Shown in pieces: positions 19,238 to 27,599 of a stretch of DNA of 64,000 nucleotides. The DNA is from Candidatus Omnitrophota bacterium. Its GTDB lineage: Bacteria; Omnitrophota; Gorgyraeia; Gygaellales; Profunditerraquicolaceae. Location of the stretch: contig JAZDED010000033.1 in the NCBI GenBank assembly GCA_043809145.1, positions 18,196 to 82,195 of the forward strand, given 5' to 3'. The notes under the pieces are model-generated. The model was not told the DNA's origin. It did no database searches and saw only the letters and a list, made by a program, of their open reading frames with translations. The translations under genes were made by a program, and so were the position numbers. The stretch's first letter is position 1. Every line of letters starts with the position of its first letter.

Positions 19238-19333
19238 CATTTTCTTTTCATGGAATAGCGAATATGGAATTACTTCTTGCAAAGTCGGAAATAGTTTAAT
19301 AGAATGTAAGCCTGTGTTAAAAGAGGAGGTAGA

Positions 19334-19699
19334 GTGCCAAAACTGATGATTGTAGATGATGAAGATGACGTGCGCGAGTTTGCCGCTAACTTCTTCCGCA
19401 AGCGCAAGATAGATGTAGTAACCGCGAAAAGCGGAGAAGACGCCCTGCGCAAGCTGGAAAAAGAAAAACCCACCCTGGTTCTTTTGGATATCCAGATGGC
19501 CGGGCTAGACGGTATCCAGACGTTGGAATCAATTAAGAAAAAAAATAAAGATATCAAGGTGGTCATGGTCACCGGGCGCAGCCCTTCGGAAAATAATACC
19601 CTGGAAAAATGCAAGAGCCTGGGGGCAATGGATTATATCCATAAGCCGCTGCGCCTTGATGAGCTGGAACGTGTAGTGCTATCCGCCTTAACTTCATAA
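19334..19699 (+). CDS. single-domain response regulator (REC)
   Basis: GTG start after AGGAGG. LMIVDDEDD, LVLLDIQMAGLDG and YIHKPL. Confidence 0.85.
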   Translation: MPKLMIVDDEDDVREFAANFFRKRKIDVVTAKSGEDALRKLEKEKPTLVLLDIQMAGLDGIQTLESIKKKNKDIKVVMVTGRSPSENNTLEKCKSLGAMDYIHKPLRLDELERVVLSALTS

Positions 19700-19706
19700 A
19701 TACAAT

Positions 19707-20873
19707 ATGGCCATAGATTATAAGAAAGAACTAGAAACCGCCGCCAAAAACATGATTCTGGTGCATGAGCCTGACCTGCTCATCAAGATGATTGTGCGCA
19801 CTATTGTCCAAAAAATCAAGGTCAGGCATGCTGGGATCCTTCTGCGCGACAAAGAAAAAAATAGCTATGTCCTTAACGTATCCGGAGGCCCCAAAGGAAT
19901 ACGCGTGCCTGCAGGATTTGCCCGTATGGATCCGGACAACCCCTTAATCCGCTTCTTTACCACTAAGAGACTCAGTTCTGTAATGAAAAACGGGGCATTC
20001 TTCTATTCTGACGGAGAAAAGATGATAAAAAACAGCAGGATCCCCGCAGAACTGCGCGAAATTATCCGACAATCACTTTACCAGATGGATATATTCGATA
20101 GCGTGGCCGGCGTGCCGAGTTATTTTCAAGATAGCCTTCTGGGAGTCTTGCTTCTGGGTAAGAAAGCCAACGGCCGAAACCTGCGCCACAGGGAGATAGA
20201 TTTTCTGGTAGCCCTGGCTTCAGACGTAGCCATGGCCATAAGAAACGCCCAGCTCTTTAAGGATTTAGAGCAAGAATTAATTAAGAAACATAATATGTTT
20301 ATTAATACTACCGTAGCCCTGGCTGCAGCGGTTGACGCTAAAGACCATTATACGCACGGACATATTAATCGGGTGACCAACATCTGTATGGAAATTGTCG
20401 CTAAACTAACCCAAAAAAACAAAGTAAAATTCAGCGACAAATTCATGGAGAATCTGCATATCGCAAGCCTCCTGCATGATATCGGAAAAATCGGTATTCC
20501 GGAGGCAATACTAAACAAGCCCGGCCCTCTGACCGACGAAGAAAGAAAGATAATTAATGGACACACCTTGATCGGAGTAAATATCCTGCAACCGATAAAA
20601 GAGCTTGAAACCGTAATACAGGGAGTAAAATACCACCATGAAAGATACGACGGCGCAGGTTATCCGGAAGGATTAAAAGGCGACGCCATTCCTATTCTGG
20701 CAGCAATCATCGCGGTTGCCGACAGCTATGACGCCATGACCTTGGACCGGCCCTACCGTAATGGCCTCTCCAAGAATGCGGCAATGGAGGAAATAGAAAC
20801 TCAGAGCGGCAAACAATTTCACCCCATGATAGTCCAGGCTTTTAGTGAACTATATAGAGAAGGTAAAATATAA
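19707..20873 (+). CDS. GAF-like domain + HD-GYP c-di-GMP phosphodiesterase
   Basis: HYTHGHINRV, LLHDIGKIGIP and HHERYDGAGYPEGL. Confidence 0.85.
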   Translation: MAIDYKKELETAAKNMILVHEPDLLIKMIVRTIVQKIKVRHAGILLRDKEKNSYVLNVSGGPKGIRVPAGFARMDPDNPLIRFFTTKRLSSVMKNGAFFYSDGEKMIKNSRIPAELREIIRQSLYQMDIFDSVAGVPSYFQDSLLGVLLLGKKANGRNLRHREIDFLVALASDVAMAIRNAQLFKDLEQELIKKHNMFINTTVALAAAVDAKDHYTHGHINRVTNICMEIVAKLTQKNKVKFSDKFMENLHIASLLHDIGKIGIPEAILNKPGPLTDEERKIINGHTLIGVNILQPIKELETVIQGVKYHHERYDGAGYPEGLKGDAIPILAAIIAVADSYDAMTLDRPYRNGLSKNAAMEEIETQSGKQFHPMIVQAFSELYREGKI

Positions 20874-20875
20874 CC

Positions 20876-21988
20876 ATGCCCAAGCGTGTTTTGCTCATGC
20901 ACATATCCAAGGTTTCAGGGCATCGCAGTGCAAGCATAGCCCTTGAAAAAACCCTGAAAATATTGGCTCCTGACACACAGGTGTTGAATATCAACGCCTT
21001 CCAATATACCAGCCCCATTGCCGAGAAGATTGCTAACCGCATTTATATGACGGTAATTAATAAAGCTCCGGGTATATGGGAATATATTTACGACAATCCG
21101 GCCTTTGCCAGAAGGCTGGAAACCTGGAAAAATCTGGCGCATAAGATAAATAACCCGAAGTTAAAAAAACTCTTTGATAGTTTCCGGCCTGATGTAGTAG
21201 CCTGCACCCAGGCATACCCTTGTGGAATGGTGGCGGATTTCAAAAAAACCTACCGCGTAGACACCCCCTTAATAGCAGTACTCACGGATTTCTCTCCGCA
21301 CCGCTACTGGATATACAACCAGGTTAATTATTTCATAACTCCATCGCACGAAATATCACAGCAATTTATGAACGCAGGCATACCGGAAAATAAATTAAAA
21401 TGTTTAGGAATACCATTTGAGCATAAATTTAACGAACCAGTTGATAAAGAAGAGGTACATAAAAAACTGGGTTTAAACTCAAAAGTGCCCACCATCTTAA
21501 TTATGGGTGGAAGCCACGGCTTGGGCCCCATAAAAAACATGCTGCAATCATTAGACAAGGCAAACCTTGAATTCCAAATGCTCATCGTAGCCGGCGCGAA
21601 CATGAAACTCTACCAATCCCTCTCCAGAGACATCCGGACATTTAAGAAAAAATGCGCACTTTTCGGCTATACCGACAAAGTTCACGAGTTAATGAGTATC
21701 TCAAGCCTAATTATCACCAAACCCGGAGGCATAACCACTTCGGAAGCGCTGGCCAAAGGGCTCCCCATGCTAATAGTAAAACCTCTGCCGGGCCAAGAAG
21801 CCAACAATACCGCATTTCTTACCCTAAAAAACTCAGCTATAGAAATTGAAGAAATTAAAAAGATAAGTTTGGTTATCGAAGAGCTGCTAAAAAATCCCAT
21901 TAAATTAAAACACTTAAAGGATGCGGCTCTAAATTTAAGTAAGCCTAATGCCAGCATGGATATTGCCAGGCTTATACTCGGCTTATAA
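20876..21988 (+). CDS. MGDG-synthase/UgtP-like (GT28) diacylglycerol glycosyltransferase
   Basis: RVLLMHISKVSGHRSASIAL at the N-terminus and C-terminal ITKPGGITTSEALAKGLPM. Starts 3 nt after the HD-GYP stop. Confidence 0.75.
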   Translation: MPKRVLLMHISKVSGHRSASIALEKTLKILAPDTQVLNINAFQYTSPIAEKIANRIYMTVINKAPGIWEYIYDNPAFARRLETWKNLAHKINNPKLKKLFDSFRPDVVACTQAYPCGMVADFKKTYRVDTPLIAVLTDFSPHRYWIYNQVNYFITPSHEISQQFMNAGIPENKLKCLGIPFEHKFNEPVDKEEVHKKLGLNSKVPTILIMGGSHGLGPIKNMLQSLDKANLEFQMLIVAGANMKLYQSLSRDIRTFKKKCALFGYTDKVHELMSISSLIITKPGGITTSEALAKGLPMLIVKPLPGQEANNTAFLTLKNSAIEIEEIKKISLVIEELLKNPIKLKHLKDAALNLSKPNASMDIARLILGL

Positions 21989-22005
21989 TTTACGCAACTC
22001 AGAAA

Positions 22006-22863
22006 ATGTTTAATTATATCCTCTACAGAATAGGACAATTTTTAGCCTTATCTCTGCCGATAAAAATAGCCTACGCGGTAGCCGTATTCTGCTCAGACCT
22101 GCACCAGATTTTTGCCGACAAGGACCGGGCAAATGTTACTGCTAATCTTAAGGTAATATTCCCGGATAAACCCTTAAACGAAATACGCAGGATAAGGCTT
22201 AAAATGGCCAGGAACTTCGCCAAATACCTGGTGGACTTTTTCCGTTTTTCTTTAATAGATAAAAAATATATGAGAAAAATGGTTAAATTGGAGAACACCC
22301 ACTACCTGGATGAGGCATTGGCCAGGAAGAAAGGGGTTATAGCCCTAAGCGCGCATTTGGGTAACTGGGAATTAGGCGGGGCAGCTGTGGCGCTCTTAGG
22401 TTACGATATCTGGGCAGTAGCCTTAACACACAAGCACAAGATAGTTAATGATTTCTTCAATAAACAGAGGGGAATTAAAGGGCTTAAAGTAATACCCCTG
22501 GGTAAAGCGGTAAGAAAATGCCTGGAGGTGTTTGGCCAAAACGGGATAATCGCGCTCGTAGGCGACCGTGATTTTTCGGAAAAAGGAGCGGTTATTGATT
22601 TATTCGGCAAGCCCGCTATCTTACCCGAAGGCCCGGCGGCATTCCACTTAAAGGTCGGAGCGCCCATAGTGCCTGTTTTTATGGTCCGCAACCCCGATGA
22701 CACCTTTACATTAATAATTGATAAGCCTATTGAATTCATACCCAGCGGAAATAAAAATAAAGACCTGCCGGAACTTATGTCAAAATACAACATCACCCTA
22801 GAACATTATATAAAGAAATACCCTGACCAGTGGTATATGTTCAGGAAATTCTGGATTAAATGA
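22006..22863 (+). CDS. LpxL/HtrB-family (lysophospholipid/lipid A-type) acyltransferase
   Basis: GVIALSAHLGNWELGG, LVGDRDFS and the C-terminal YPDQWYMFRKFW signature. Confidence 0.75.
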   Translation: MFNYILYRIGQFLALSLPIKIAYAVAVFCSDLHQIFADKDRANVTANLKVIFPDKPLNEIRRIRLKMARNFAKYLVDFFRFSLIDKKYMRKMVKLENTHYLDEALARKKGVIALSAHLGNWELGGAAVALLGYDIWAVALTHKHKIVNDFFNKQRGIKGLKVIPLGKAVRKCLEVFGQNGIIALVGDRDFSEKGAVIDLFGKPAILPEGPAAFHLKVGAPIVPVFMVRNPDDTFTLIIDKPIEFIPSGNKNKDLPELMSKYNITLEHYIKKYPDQWYMFRKFWIK

Positions 22864-23519
22864 AAACACTCATAATTATCCCCACCTTTAACGAATCCCG
22901 GTCAATAGTTAAACTTTTATTAAAAATTAAGGAGAGCGGGTTAGAAGTATTGGTTATTGATGACGGCTCCTCTGACAAGACTGCAGAGAAAGCTAAAGAG
23001 CAGGGGGTTATAGTCATAAAAAATGATACCAACCAAGGCAAAGGCGCAACGCTGAAAATTGGTTTTACCTATGCTTTAGAAAACGGTTATCAGGCCGTGA
23101 TTACCATGGACGGCGACGGACAACATTCTCCCGACGAGCTGCCTAGATTAATTCATGCAGGAGAAAATTCATCTTCCGGAATCATTGTAGGCAATCGTAT
23201 GCAGGCGGTAAAAAATATGCCCCTTATCCGCATCCTGACCAATAAATTCATGTCCTGGTTTATCTCCAGAAAAACCGGACAGTATATTGCTGACACGCAG
23301 TGCGGTTTACGGTTGATTAAAAGAGAGGTCCTGGAAAAAATCAGCCTGGAAACCAAAAGATTTGAAATCGAATCCGAATTATTAATCAAAGCTTCTTTAG
23401 CGGGTTTTAAAATAGAATCATTGCCTATTACCAGTATTTATTACGACGAAAAAAGCCAAATTAACCCTTTCACTGACACACTTAGATTTATAAAATTCAT
23501 CCTACATAGTGGAAATTAG
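22860..23519 (+). CDS. family 2 glycosyltransferase (polyprenyl-phosphate sugar synthase-like)
   Basis: IIIPTFNES, VLVIDDGSSDKT, MDGDGQHSP and QCGLRL. Has an ATGA overlap with the previous gene. Confidence 0.8.
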   Translation: MKTLIIIPTFNESRSIVKLLLKIKESGLEVLVIDDGSSDKTAEKAKEQGVIVIKNDTNQGKGATLKIGFTYALENGYQAVITMDGDGQHSPDELPRLIHAGENSSSGIIVGNRMQAVKNMPLIRILTNKFMSWFISRKTGQYIADTQCGLRLIKREVLEKISLETKRFEIESELLIKASLAGFKIESLPITSIYYDEKSQINPFTDTLRFIKFILHSGN

Positions 23520-23573
23520 GGACAGCGACTATTTTTTTTAGAGTAGCTATAAAAAAAAATAGTCGCTGTCCCT
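23518..23573. terminator. long perfect hairpin closing the plus-strand cluster (bidirectional intrinsic-terminator-like)
   Basis: AGGGACAGCGACTATTTTTTTT, an 11-nt loop, then AAAAAAAATAGTCGCTGTCCCT. Overlaps the GT2 stop codon. Confidence 0.6.
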
Positions 23574-23586
23574 AATAAAAGATAAT

Positions 23587-24231
23587 ATGGATTATGTGGC
23601 TTTAAGAAAAAAGATGGTTGAAGAGCATATTATCCGCAGAGGCATCACTACAAAACGCTTGCTGGATGTATTGCTTAAAGTCGAAAGGCACAAATTCGTT
23701 ACACAAGACTTATCTGACAGCGCATACTCGGATTTTCCTGTTCCTATCGGAGAAGGACAAACTATCTCCCAGCCATATATGGTGGCATTAATGACGGATC
23801 TGTTGAATTTAAAGGGAGAGGAAAAAATACTTGAGATAGGCACCGGATCAGGTTATCAAACAGCCATACTGGCAGATTTAGGGAGAGTAGTATATACTAT
23901 CGAAAGAATGAAAAATCTGGGAAAAAATGCTTTTTGCCTGCTTGATACATTACAGTATACTAATATAAAAACTAAAATAGGGGATGGAAGCCTGGGTTGG
24001 CCTGAAGAAGCGCCATTTGACCGCATCATCATTACTGCAGCTACTGCCAGAATGCCTCTACCGCTTACCGAACAGCTAAAAGAAGGAGGGAGGATTATCG
24101 CTCCTTTAGGGCAAGACTTCAGCCAAATCCTAACCCTAGGCGAAAAGACCAAGGGAAATATAGACTATAAACAGGTTTGCGGCTGTGTATTCGTGCCTCT
24201 GGTGGGAAAATTCGGGGAAAAGGAAAAATAA
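23587..24231 (+). CDS. pcm: protein-L-isoaspartate O-methyltransferase
   Basis: QTISQPYMVA and LEIGTGSGYQTAILA. Confidence 0.85.
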   Translation: MDYVALRKKMVEEHIIRRGITTKRLLDVLLKVERHKFVTQDLSDSAYSDFPVPIGEGQTISQPYMVALMTDLLNLKGEEKILEIGTGSGYQTAILADLGRVVYTIERMKNLGKNAFCLLDTLQYTNIKTKIGDGSLGWPEEAPFDRIIITAATARMPLPLTEQLKEGGRIIAPLGQDFSQILTLGEKTKGNIDYKQVCGCVFVPLVGKFGEKEK

Positions 24232-24234
24232 AAT

Positions 24235-24732
24235 ATGCTCGACATTATTATCAACTGGTTAAAAGATATACCCAAGGAATATTTAGTAGTTATTATCGGG
24301 GCGCTGCCGGTCTCAGAATTAAGAGGAGCAATACCATTTGCTTTATACCAAGGTATACCTGCGGTTAAGGCCTTCTGGCTCGCAGTATTGGGCAATATCC
24401 TGCCGGTTGTTCCTGGGCTAATTCTCCTTGAACCAATAACCAAAGCCTTGAGAAAATTCGAGCTGTTTAGAAAATTCTTTGACTGGTGGTTTGCCAGGAC
24501 CAAGAGAAATTCAGATACCGTGCAGAAATACGAGGCCCTGGGACTTGCCCTTTTTGTAGCTATTCCGCTTCCGATAACCGGAGCTTGGAGCGGAATAGCT
24601 GCCGCGTCATTATTTAAAATACGGTTTCGTTACGCGGTAATCTCAATTATTGCAGGAATAATCGGCGCTGGATTAATAGTTTCGTTCTTATGCGCCTTAA
24701 GTATTTTAAGCTGGAAGGCGGTTGTCCATTGA
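24235..24732 (+). CDS. small multidrug-export-like membrane protein (COG2426-type)
   Basis: ALPVSELRGAIPFAL and four predicted TM helices. Family assignment is from memory of this motif. Confidence 0.55.
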   Translation: MLDIIINWLKDIPKEYLVVIIGALPVSELRGAIPFALYQGIPAVKAFWLAVLGNILPVVPGLILLEPITKALRKFELFRKFFDWWFARTKRNSDTVQKYEALGLALFVAIPLPITGAWSGIAAASLFKIRFRYAVISIIAGIIGAGLIVSFLCALSILSWKAVVH

Positions 24733-25229
24733 TTCAGGTATACACCGGAAGCGGCAAAGGCAAAACTACCGCTGCCCTGGGCCTGGCCTTAAGGGCAGCA
24801 GGGGCGGGTTTACGTATTTATATTGCACAGTTTGCCAAAGGCAAAAAATGCAGCGAATTTGTGTCGCTTAAAAAAATAAAAAAAATAACTGTCCAGCAAT
24901 TCGGAACCTGCCGTTTTGTGCGCAGTCCAACTTCCGCAGATATTGCCCTGGCCAAAAAAGGCATAGATAGTGTTAAAGAAAAAATTAAATCAAAAAAATT
25001 TGACCTAATAATCCTAGATGAAATAAATAACGCCCTAAACCTGGGGCTTCTTGAAATCAATCAAGTCCTAGAGGCTATCAAAACTGGCATTTGCGGGCCT
25101 GAAATAATCTTAACCGGACGCAACGCTCCAAAGAAGATTATTAAAATTGCGGATTTGGTCAGCGAGATAAAAGAAGTAAAACATTACTACGCCCGGGGCA
25201 TAAAAGCAAGAAAAGGAATAGAATACTAA
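24690..25229 (+). CDS. cobO: cob(I)yrinic acid a,c-diamide adenosyltransferase (CobO/BtuR type). The true start is probably TTG at 24729.
   Basis: IQVYTGSGKGKTTAALGLALRA, LIILDEINNAL and ILTGRNAP. Confidence 0.8.
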   Translation: MRLKYFKLEGGCPLIQVYTGSGKGKTTAALGLALRAAGAGLRIYIAQFAKGKKCSEFVSLKKIKKITVQQFGTCRFVRSPTSADIALAKKGIDSVKEKIKSKKFDLIILDEINNALNLGLLEINQVLEAIKTGICGPEIILTGRNAPKKIIKIADLVSEIKEVKHYYARGIKARKGIEY

Positions 25230-25233
25230 ACTT

Positions 25234-25907
25234 ATGAATTCTGAAAATAGAATATTTAAGATTACGCTCATCATATCCCTAGCCCTGCATGGAGCGCTGT
25301 TAATCTTTAATCCGTATTGGAACTCTGCGCTTAGAAAAAATGAGGTTAAGGAAACAGAAATAAATTATGTACGCCGGCCGGAGACAGACAGAAAAAATCT
25401 GTTCAAAGTCGGCAACCTTTGAAAGATATTCCTTCCAGGGCCAATATGCAAAAGATAAACCCTCCGCCTTACGTACAAAAAGATTCCGGGATTAAGAAAG
25501 TCGGCGCCCCGGCTCCCGCTAAGCCCGATTTCGTAAAACCCGAATTCAGCAAACCCGATGTAACGGCCTTAAAAAGAAAAATAAACCTACCAGCTCTGGA
25601 GGCAGGCAAAATAAACAACCCCTCCTATATGAACTATTACCAGCTGGTGCGAGAAAAAATCCGGCGTTCAGCATACCAAAACTATACGCGCGATCAAACC
25701 GGAGAAGTTTATATCTCCTTTGTCATAAGCTCCGCGGGAAACCTCAAAGATATTCAGCTTATTGAAAACAAATCCTCCCACAATGAATACCTTGGAGAGA
25801 CCGCCTTAAGAAGCGTAAGGGGCTCAGCCCCATTTCCGGCATTCCCAAAAGAACTCGATTATGCACAGTTGTCCTTCAATGTAATCATATCATTTGAAAT
25901 AGAATAA
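25234..25907 (+). pseudogene. TonB-family protein split into an N-terminal TM anchor ORF and a Pro-rich + TonB_C ORF by an apparent frameshift near 25415-25422
   Basis: ORF1 (25234-25422) has the TM helix ITLIISLALHGALLIF. ORF2 (25419-25907) is in another frame and carries PPPYV..APAPAKPDFVKPEFSKP and C-terminal GEVYISFVISSAGNL...APFPAFP. Confidence 0.5.
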
Positions 25908-25958
25908 CTATTGAGAATAACCTATATCCTGTCCTAGAATAAAACAATGAATACAGTA

Positions 25959-26030
25959 ATTCCGCGCAGAGCGCGGAATAGAATCAAATATAGCCGAATA
26001 TAGCGGAATATACTTTGCAGAGCAAAGTAT
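25959..26030. repeat. two tri-loop hairpins of the GC-AGA-GC family
   Basis: ATTCCGCGC-AGA-GCGCGGAAT (25959-25979) and ATACTTTGC-AGA-GCAAAGTAT (26010-26030). The first is the exact reverse complement of the hairpin at 61366-61386. Confidence 0.7.
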
Positions 26031-26091
26031 AAAATTAAGCAAAACACCAGAGGTTACTTAATTTTACACCGGAGGCATATTTGATTTTAAG

Positions 26092-26119
26092 TTGACATAA
26101 TAAATATATATGCTATACT
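26092..26119 (+). promoter_or_regulatory. candidate sigma-70 promoter for the PilZ operon
   Basis: TTGACA (26092-26097), a 16-nt spacer, then TATACT (26114-26119). Confidence 0.4.
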
Positions 26120-26171
26120 CACACTTAAGAAGAAGGAAAGCCACGGATTCTTTCAAATAATTGGATTATAA

Positions 26172-26510
26172 ATGGTTTTTAACCGGGTAGAAAAAAGAAA
26201 GTCACCTAGAATTAATGTGGCTTTTCCCATCCGTTATCAGATTCCAGGCACAGCAGAAGTAATTAGCTGCCTGACTAATAACATCGGAATGGGCGGAGTA
26301 GGTTTTATGAGTAATAATTTCATACCTACTAAAACTCCTCTAAAATTAGAGATCAACCTGCGTAACAGAATCCTGAACCCGGAAGCAAAGGTAAGCTGGG
26401 TTAGCTCCATACCTCATTCTGATAATTATTATTCGGGTATTGAATTTACGCAGTTAACCGTATTTGACAAAGAACGCCTGGCGGATTACATTGAGTTAAA
26501 ATCATATTAA
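26172..26510 (+). CDS. PilZ domain protein
   Basis: RKSPR (RxxxR) and NNIGMGGVGF. Confidence 0.75.
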   Translation: MVFNRVEKRKSPRINVAFPIRYQIPGTAEVISCLTNNIGMGGVGFMSNNFIPTKTPLKLEINLRNRILNPEAKVSWVSSIPHSDNYYSGIEFTQLTVFDKERLADYIELKSY

Positions 26511-26528
26511 TTTATAAGGAGTGCCAAA

Positions 26529-26699
26529 GTGGCTACAAACGAAAGCGCAGAAGCAGCAAAAGTGCAGGAAAAGCAGACCAATTGCCTGGCGTGCAATAAA
26601 CCGCTAAAAAAGATTAAGCAATATTATCGTAACCAAAAATACTACTGCAGCAAAAAATGCTGGAAAAAATCATTAAAGCCTAAGGAAGAACAGCAATGA
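26529..26699 (+). CDS. small (56 aa) Cys4 zinc-ribbon protein, FCS/TRASH-like. Not in the supplied ORF track.
   Basis: GTG start 7 nt after AAGGAG. Translation is VATNESAEAAKVQEKQTNCLACNKPLKKIKQYYRNQKYYCSKKCWKKSLKPKEEQQ. The stop overlaps the next ATG (ATGA). Confidence 0.45.
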   Translation: MATNESAEAAKVQEKQTNCLACNKPLKKIKQYYRNQKYYCSKKCWKKSLKPKEEQQ

Positions 26700-27061
26700 C
26701 AAGAAAAGTTATGAAATCCGAAAGAAGACGCCATACGCGCATTGATACAGCCCTGCCTATAAGGCTGGCAGTAAACGGCTATGACTTTTCCACATCCACA
26801 AAAAATTTAAGCTGTGTCGGAGCATATTGTCTCATTAATAAATATATCCCGCCTTTCACCAAGGTCTCGGTTAAAATGATGCTCCCCATAAAAAATGAAT
26901 ATTGCGACGCTAAATGCACCGGAGTAATCGTCAGGACCGAGGATGAACCCGCCGGCGGCTTCAACATCGCCATCTTCTTTAACGGCATAAGGGACATTAC
27001 CCGCCAGAAAATCTCGCGCTATATCACCCAATTATTACCAAACCACAGCGCATCTTTTTAA
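26696..27061 (+). CDS. PilZ domain protein
   Basis: RRHTR (RxxxR) and NLSCVG (DxSxxG-like). Confidence 0.7.
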   Translation: MTRKVMKSERRRHTRIDTALPIRLAVNGYDFSTSTKNLSCVGAYCLINKYIPPFTKVSVKMMLPIKNEYCDAKCTGVIVRTEDEPAGGFNIAIFFNGIRDITRQKISRYITQLLPNHSASF

Positions 27062-27072
27062 ATCATCTCTTT

Positions 27073-27597
27073 ATGGGTAAAATTCAATCCCTGCAACCGG
27101 TAAAGCTAATCAGCGGTTTTATTTTTAAAGATGAACTTATCTATAAAAAGACAAAGGGTATCCTGGAGAGGCAATACGGGAGTATTGATTTTGAAAGCCA
27201 GGCAATTGATTTTATTCACACTGATTTTTATAAAAGCGAGATCGGAACCAATTTAAAAAGAAAATTCATAAGCTTCAAAAAACTAATTCCTCCTAATCAC
27301 CTTTCTTCAGTAAAAACCTTCGCGAATAAAATTGAAAAAAAGTTCTCAAGCAATAATAAACGCGCGGTAAATATCGATCCGGGTTACTTGGATTTGAGCA
27401 AAATGGTACTGGCTACCACCAAGGATTTTACACACCGCATCTATCTGGATAAAGGAATATTCGCCGAAGTAACTCTTTTTTTCCAGGGTAAATCTTATAA
27501 ATGCTGGCCTTGGACTTACCCGGATTACCAGACGCCGGAACATATTGCCATATTCAATATTATCCGGGAACTCTTCCGCCAGCAGCTGACACGATAA
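27073..27597 (+). CDS. DUF4416-like protein
   Basis: N-terminal PVKLISGFIF and VNIDPGYLDLSKMVLATTKDFTHRIYL. Family assignment is from memory only. Confidence 0.45.
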   Translation: MGKIQSLQPVKLISGFIFKDELIYKKTKGILERQYGSIDFESQAIDFIHTDFYKSEIGTNLKRKFISFKKLIPPNHLSSVKTFANKIEKKFSSNNKRAVNIDPGYLDLSKMVLATTKDFTHRIYLDKGIFAEVTLFFQGKSYKCWPWTYPDYQTPEHIAIFNIIRELFRQQLTR

Positions 27598-27599
27598 TA

